Positions 27,518-32,000 of a stretch of 32,000 nt of DNA are shown here, in pieces (positions within the stretch are counted from its first letter, which is position 1; every line of letters begins with the position of its first letter). The DNA lies in NCBI RefSeq assembly GCF_030123405.1, contig NZ_CP126110.1:4905125-4937124 (forward strand), in the 5' to 3' direction. A program made the translations under genes and the position numbers. The DNA is from Neobacillus sp. WH10 (GTDB lineage: Bacteria; Bacillota; Bacilli; Bacillales; Cytobacillaceae). The notes beneath the pieces were generated by a model. That model was not told where the DNA came from, did no database searches, and saw nothing but the letters and a program-made list of their open reading frames with translations.

Positions 27518-28510
27518 CTCTGAGATTTTTTCAAACCACGAGCTTGCTGTCTCTTTCAAGACAATATTAAGTTCTTCGATATTTTTTTTGCCGGTATCTT
27601 GTAACCATGCACGTCCGGCTTGTTCCCCATTTTCAGCAAAAGGAGCGACGCCATTTTTCCATGTCGCACGGCCGCAAAGAACACCATTAAAGGTGGAGCC
27701 GGATTCTTTAGCAAACTTTAATGTTTCCTGGAATAATTCTGCACTTACGCCTGCGCTTAAGAAAATAAATGGCAGATCTGTTGCTTCACTTTGCTCTTTG
27801 AAATATGCTGCCGCTTCTTCCTTGCTATAGGCTGTTTCGCCTTCTGCGTATCCTTCTACAAACTTCATATCTACAGGAACTTCTACCTTCAAAACGTCTA
27901 CCTTGTACTGTGGCTTGGAGAATTCTCTCATTGCCTCAATAACCTTATGCGGCTTCACTTTTGCGTACTCTAAACTCTTCACATCATCATTTTTGGCATC
28001 ATATGACACAATTTCAAGGAAAAACGGAATGTCTTCTGCTGCACACTCAGAGCCGACCCGTTCCATATAAACATGCTTAAAGTCATTAATTTTTTCATCT
28101 TCATCTACATCATAGTACAGTAAAAATTTAACCGCATCTGCTCCAGCTTCCTTCAACCGTCTAACAGACCATTCCGGCAATAAATCTGGTAAACGTCCCA
28201 CGGCGGTTGCATCATAGCCTGTTTTTTCATATGCCACTAATAACCCAGCTTCCGGATGGCGGACTTTCGCAGCCGGCAAACCATATTCCGGATCCAATAG
28301 GATTGATGTCGCATAAGGTGTCAACTCTTCTGAAACCAATTCTTTAAAGCGGATGATTCCCTCATCTCCGACAGAACTTGAACTTCCTGCCGCAATCATT
28401 TTCTTTAATGAACCGCGTTGATCAATTGCCAAAGCCCCAATAATTCCATTTTCATCCGATAAACGCTTAAGAGCCGCTACTTTATTTTTCGTTAATTCTA
28501 ACATCGACAT
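27515..28510 (-). CDS. lacD: Tagatose 1,6-diphosphate aldolase
   Basis: [69 protein letters not shown]. Confidence 0.92.
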   Translation of the reverse strand: MSMLELTKNKVAALKRLSDENGIIGALAIDQRGSLKKMIAAGSSSSVGDEGIIRFKELVSEELTPYATSILLDPEYGLPAAKVRHPEAGLLVAYEKTGYDATAVGRLPDLLPEWSVRRLKEAGADAVKFLLYYDVDEDEKINDFKHVYMERVGSECAAEDIPFFLEIVSYDAKNDDVKSLEYAKVKPHKVIEAMREFSKPQYKVDVLKVEVPVDMKFVEGYAEGETAYSKEEAAAYFKEQSEATDLPFIFLSAGVSAELFQETLKFAKESGSTFNGVLCGRATWKNGVAPFAENGEQAGRAWLQDTGKKNIEELNIVLKETASSWFEKISE

Positions 28511-28566
28511 TCACCTCTATTAATCTATTTTTGTAACCTCAACTAGTTAAAAAAATTGGGTTTCAA

Positions 28567-29502
28567 TTAATCTATTTTCGTAACCTCTACTAACTCAAAA
28601 AATTGGCCGAACTTAGCACGATCAATGTAACCTGTTCCTGCTTCCATCGTATTAAGCATGCCTGTCGTCATGGCTGTTTTCAGAACGTCTGGAACTGACT
28701 GCTTTCGTTTTAAAGCAACCGCTAATCCAGCAACGGTGGCATCACCGGAGCCGACAGGGTTCACCACGTCAATCGAAGGAATGGTAACCCGGTAATAATC
28801 CGTACCATGCTTAACAAAGGCACCATCCCCGCCCATCGAAACAACAACCCATTCAATCCCATGAAACCATTCATTTGTTAATACTTGTTTCAAACTGCTT
28901 ATGCTTTGTTCCACTTCTACACCAAGCAGCTGAGATAGCTCCGTGATATTGGGCTTAATCACAAATGGTTTTACCTTCTGCAGCAAAACCTGTCGGAGCG
29001 GCTCCCCTGATGTATCAACAATTACAGGAATCCCCATCTCTCGGCCCATTTCTACCATCCCCCGGTAAAACCCAGGATCAAGTCCTTTTGGTAAACTGCC
29101 CGAAATCGTTACAAGTGAAACACCAGTTAGTAATTCACGATATTTTTCCAAAAAAGCTGCCGCGTCTTCCGCCGAAAGTGTCGGTCCGGATTCTAGAATT
29201 TCCGTCTGCTTGCCATCATGGAGAATGGCGATACAGTTTCTTGATTCTTGATTGATTTTTAAAAAATTATTATCGATATCGCTTTTCGTCAATTCCTGAA
29301 CAATGTAGTCGCCAATGTTTCCGCCGAGCACACCTGTCGCCAGGACGTCTTCCCCCATCTGCTTGACGACGCGGGCCACATTTAATCCTTTTCCACCGGC
29401 GGTTTTATAAACATTATCTACACGGTTTACATCATCCAATTTGAATTCTTGAATCGGATAGGAAATATCCATGGATGGATTCATCGTGACAGTTAAAATC
29501 AT
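28567..29502 (-). CDS. lacC: Tagatose-6-phosphate kinase / 1-phosphofructokinase family
   Basis: MILTVTMNPSMDISYPIQEFKLDDVNRVDNVYKTAGGKGLNVARVVKQMG; GSGDATVAG. Start corrected from 29556 to 29502. Confidence 0.9.
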   Translation of the reverse strand: MILTVTMNPSMDISYPIQEFKLDDVNRVDNVYKTAGGKGLNVARVVKQMGEDVLATGVLGGNIGDYIVQELTKSDIDNNFLKINQESRNCIAILHDGKQTEILESGPTLSAEDAAAFLEKYRELLTGVSLVTISGSLPKGLDPGFYRGMVEMGREMGIPVIVDTSGEPLRQVLLQKVKPFVIKPNITELSQLLGVEVEQSISSLKQVLTNEWFHGIEWVVVSMGGDGAFVKHGTDYYRVTIPSIDVVNPVGSGDATVAGLAVALKRKQSVPDVLKTAMTTGMLNTMEAGTGYIDRAKFGQFFELVEVTKID

Positions 29503-29521
29503 CGCACTCCCTCTTTCCCAA

Positions 29522-30676
29522 TCAGTTCTCAGCTTGGTACCGGCAAACACCATCAAGATACGTCGCCATTAATTCGAGCTCAGGCGTTAATACGATAAAA
29601 TCTGCATCATGGCTGATTGCAATCTTTCCGCATTCCCTATCCATACCAATACTTTTCGCAGGTGCTGTACTTGCCATGTAGATGGCTTCCTCCGGGGTTG
29701 CATTCCCCCAAGCGACGACATTTTTGACAGCATCTTTTAATTGCAAAATACTGCCCGCTAAACTTCCGCTTTCCAAACGAGCCGCCCCGTTCTTCACTTC
29801 GACAGGGAATTCTCCGAGCTGATAGCGACCTTCCGGCATACCGCCTGCCATCATGCAATCGGTCACCATCACGGTTTCCTTCCTGCCGCGGGCATTCATT
29901 AAAATATTTGCAGCAACAGGATGAACGTGATGTCCATCACAAATAATTTCGGCAAACACATTTGGCAGATTCATAGCTGCGCCCGCCATTCCCGGATCAC
30001 GATGGTGCAGCCCGCTCATGCCATTGAACGTATGAACAAAAATTGAAGCTCCCTTTTCAACCGCTTGTTTTGCCTCATCATACGTCGCGTCACTATGAGC
30101 AAGCGCAACCGTAACCTGATCGTTCACAGCGAACTCAATAAATTCAGCTGCACCCTTTCTTTCAGGAGCAAGTGCAATTTTTTTAATAAAATGACCCGAT
30201 TTCTTTTGCCATGTTTCCAGCAATTCGACTGAAGGGTCAGAAAAATAATTCGTGTTTTGAGCCCCTTTGTGCCTTTCTGTAAAAAATGGTCCTTCTAAGA
30301 AGATTCCTTTTATTTTGGCACCCTTCACCTTCGTATAATTTTCTCCTATCATCGCCACCACATTGTTCAACGATTCGGCCGAAGAGGTTAACGTAGTAGG
30401 TAAAAACGACGTCACGCCACATGAAAGCAGCCCCTCGGAAATTGCCATCAATCCGTCTAAGTCATTGTCCATGACATCATGATTTTTAAAGCCATGAATG
30501 TGCGTATCGACTAAACCCGGAGCAACCCATTGTCCGGCATAATCGATTACCTCAGCCGTTTCATTTGGCAATGTCTCATAAAAGGTACCAAATTTCCCGT
30601 CTTTTATTTCCAGAAAACCAGGACCTGCCACCCCATCCTCAAGAAAAAACTTGTCTGCGTAAACAAATAGTTCCAT
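29522..30676 (-). CDS. N-acetylgalactosamine/glucosamine-6-phosphate deacetylase
   Basis: APGLVDTHIHGF, GVTSFLPTTLTS, FLEGPFF, ALAHSDATYDEA, THTFNGMSGLHHRDPG-like HTFN motif, VMVTDCMMAGG. Confidence 0.9.
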   Translation of the reverse strand: MELFVYADKFFLEDGVAGPGFLEIKDGKFGTFYETLPNETAEVIDYAGQWVAPGLVDTHIHGFKNHDVMDNDLDGLMAISEGLLSCGVTSFLPTTLTSSAESLNNVVAMIGENYTKVKGAKIKGIFLEGPFFTERHKGAQNTNYFSDPSVELLETWQKKSGHFIKKIALAPERKGAAEFIEFAVNDQVTVALAHSDATYDEAKQAVEKGASIFVHTFNGMSGLHHRDPGMAGAAMNLPNVFAEIICDGHHVHPVAANILMNARGRKETVMVTDCMMAGGMPEGRYQLGEFPVEVKNGAARLESGSLAGSILQLKDAVKNVVAWGNATPEEAIYMASTAPAKSIGMDRECGKIAISHDADFIVLTPELELMATYLDGVCRYQAEN

Positions 30677-30730
30677 AATCTGCACCTCTGTTTAGAAAAG
30701 AGAAAGACTGAACATCCCTTTCCCACTGAA

Positions 30731-31906
30731 TTACTTGTATTCGTGGATCGTAACACCTTTTACAACACGATTGACCGTTCCGCTTGGTGAAGGAGTATCC
30801 GGTGTATTCCCAACTTTAATCGAAGCTAGCAGGGCGAGCGTTTGTCCGACCATGACGTACGGCAGCGACAGGTAGGCATCCGGCACTGCGCGTGCTTCGC
30901 TGTCAAATAAGAACGTATCACCTTCATAATTCGTGTCTCCATCCACTGCAATGGCACAAATATAGCTGGCGATGCTATCCTGTCTCAATTCATTTAAGAT
31001 ATCGAGATCGTAACGGCGTGTATATGGTTGGTTGGAAACAAACACAAACACGACCGCTTTTTCATTCACAAATGATTTAGGACCGTGGCGGAATCCGAGT
31101 GATGAGTCAAAAGAAGTAGCAATTTTCCCGGCAGTTAACTCTAATATTTTTAATTGTGCTTCTCTCGCTAAGCCTTCAAAGCCACCTGAGCCAAGATAAA
31201 TGATTCGTTCAAAATCGGCAGCAATCATTTTTTTAATATCAGCTTCTCTACTAATGACACTTTTACCCATGCGTTGAATTGTTTCGACAATGTTCATTTT
31301 TTCTTCAACTGACAGCGAATCAAAAATGAGCAGTGCAGTTAAAGCCATACATGTGTAGCTTCCCGTCATTGCAAAGCCTTGGTCATTGGACCTTTCAGGC
31401 ATCAATAATAAGAGATTGCTCTCATCCCCTTGTGCCCGTTGTGCCAACTTCCCATCCTTAGAGCAGGTGATCGTAATCTGATAGAGGTCCGATACCACTT
31501 GTTCTGCTAATTCCACTGTCGTAACGCTTTCCGGACTGTTGCCGCTTCTGGCAAATGAAATTAATAATGTCGGAATGTCTGATTTTAGAAATTGGTAAGG
31601 GTTTGACACGATTGCTGTTGTTGGAACACTCATCAAGTCCCACTGTTTTTCATCCACTTTTTCCTTTAAGTAGGGAGTTACGGTGTCACCCACATAGGCG
31701 GAGGTTCCAGCTCCTGTAAAAATAACTCGGATACGTTCATGCTTTTCTGTTAAGTTCTGCAAGAACGCTTCAATCTGCTGACGCTTCTCCTTATACAATA
31801 CAAGTGTTTCGCCCCATAATTCAGGCTGTTGTTTAATTTCACCTGTTGTAATCAATGCCCCTAATGACATTAATTTTTCCTTACTTACTGTAAACAAATC
31901 TAACAC
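30731..31906 (-). CDS. agaS: SIS-domain AgaS-type galactosamine-6-phosphate deaminase/isomerase, paralog 2
   Basis: 391 aa, highly similar along its full length to the 24773-25939 product. Confidence 0.88.
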   Translation of the reverse strand: MLDLFTVSKEKLMSLGALITTGEIKQQPELWGETLVLYKEKRQQIEAFLQNLTEKHERIRVIFTGAGTSAYVGDTVTPYLKEKVDEKQWDLMSVPTTAIVSNPYQFLKSDIPTLLISFARSGNSPESVTTVELAEQVVSDLYQITITCSKDGKLAQRAQGDESNLLLLMPERSNDQGFAMTGSYTCMALTALLIFDSLSVEEKMNIVETIQRMGKSVISREADIKKMIAADFERIIYLGSGGFEGLAREAQLKILELTAGKIATSFDSSLGFRHGPKSFVNEKAVVFVFVSNQPYTRRYDLDILNELRQDSIASYICAIAVDGDTNYEGDTFLFDSEARAVPDAYLSLPYVMVGQTLALLASIKVGNTPDTPSPSGTVNRVVKGVTIHEYK

Positions 31907-32000
31907 TCCTCTTATTTTTTTGGGTGTTTTCCTAAAAAGTTGATTTAACTACGTTTAAACTCTTAAAAAATCATAATATAGTTAAAAAAGACAACATATA

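Noticed and set aside
27515-28510. Frame 27435-27830 ORF (131 aa, plus strand)
   Set aside because: Antisense to the lacD 3' end and its terminator; no domain recognised.

Overview
Bacillaceae-like chromosomal window with compact metabolic operons. Left part: partial kynureninase, TetR regulator, YhhN-like protein, glutathione peroxidase, and a phenylalanine hydroxylase/pterin dehydratase operon preceded by three tandem ~280-nt T-box leaders, all reading a Tyr UAC specifier. Middle: ECF41 (SigJ-like) sigma-factor remnant, AraC regulator with divergent SDR, an ABC-F gene preceded by a candidate leader peptide/attenuator, two inhibitor_I9 (subtilase propeptide-like) ORFs, an ECF transporter plus SAM-hydrolase operon behind a T-box (probably Met), an LtrA-like protein, and a MarR/flavodoxin-fold oxidoreductase pair. 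Right part (20-32 kb): a mucin O-glycan/GalNAc utilisation locus (GH101, two AgaS paralogs, ROK protein, LacD, LacC, NagA/AgaA-like). The least explained signal is a ~290-nt, strongly foldable 5' leader upstream of the ROK gene. Two dispersed structured repeat families are present (a ~93-bp element, 2 copies; a 27-bp GAAGCAAGGGGACGGTTCTCCTGCTTC element, 4 copies). No CRISPR, rRNA, tRNA or transposase gene was recognised.
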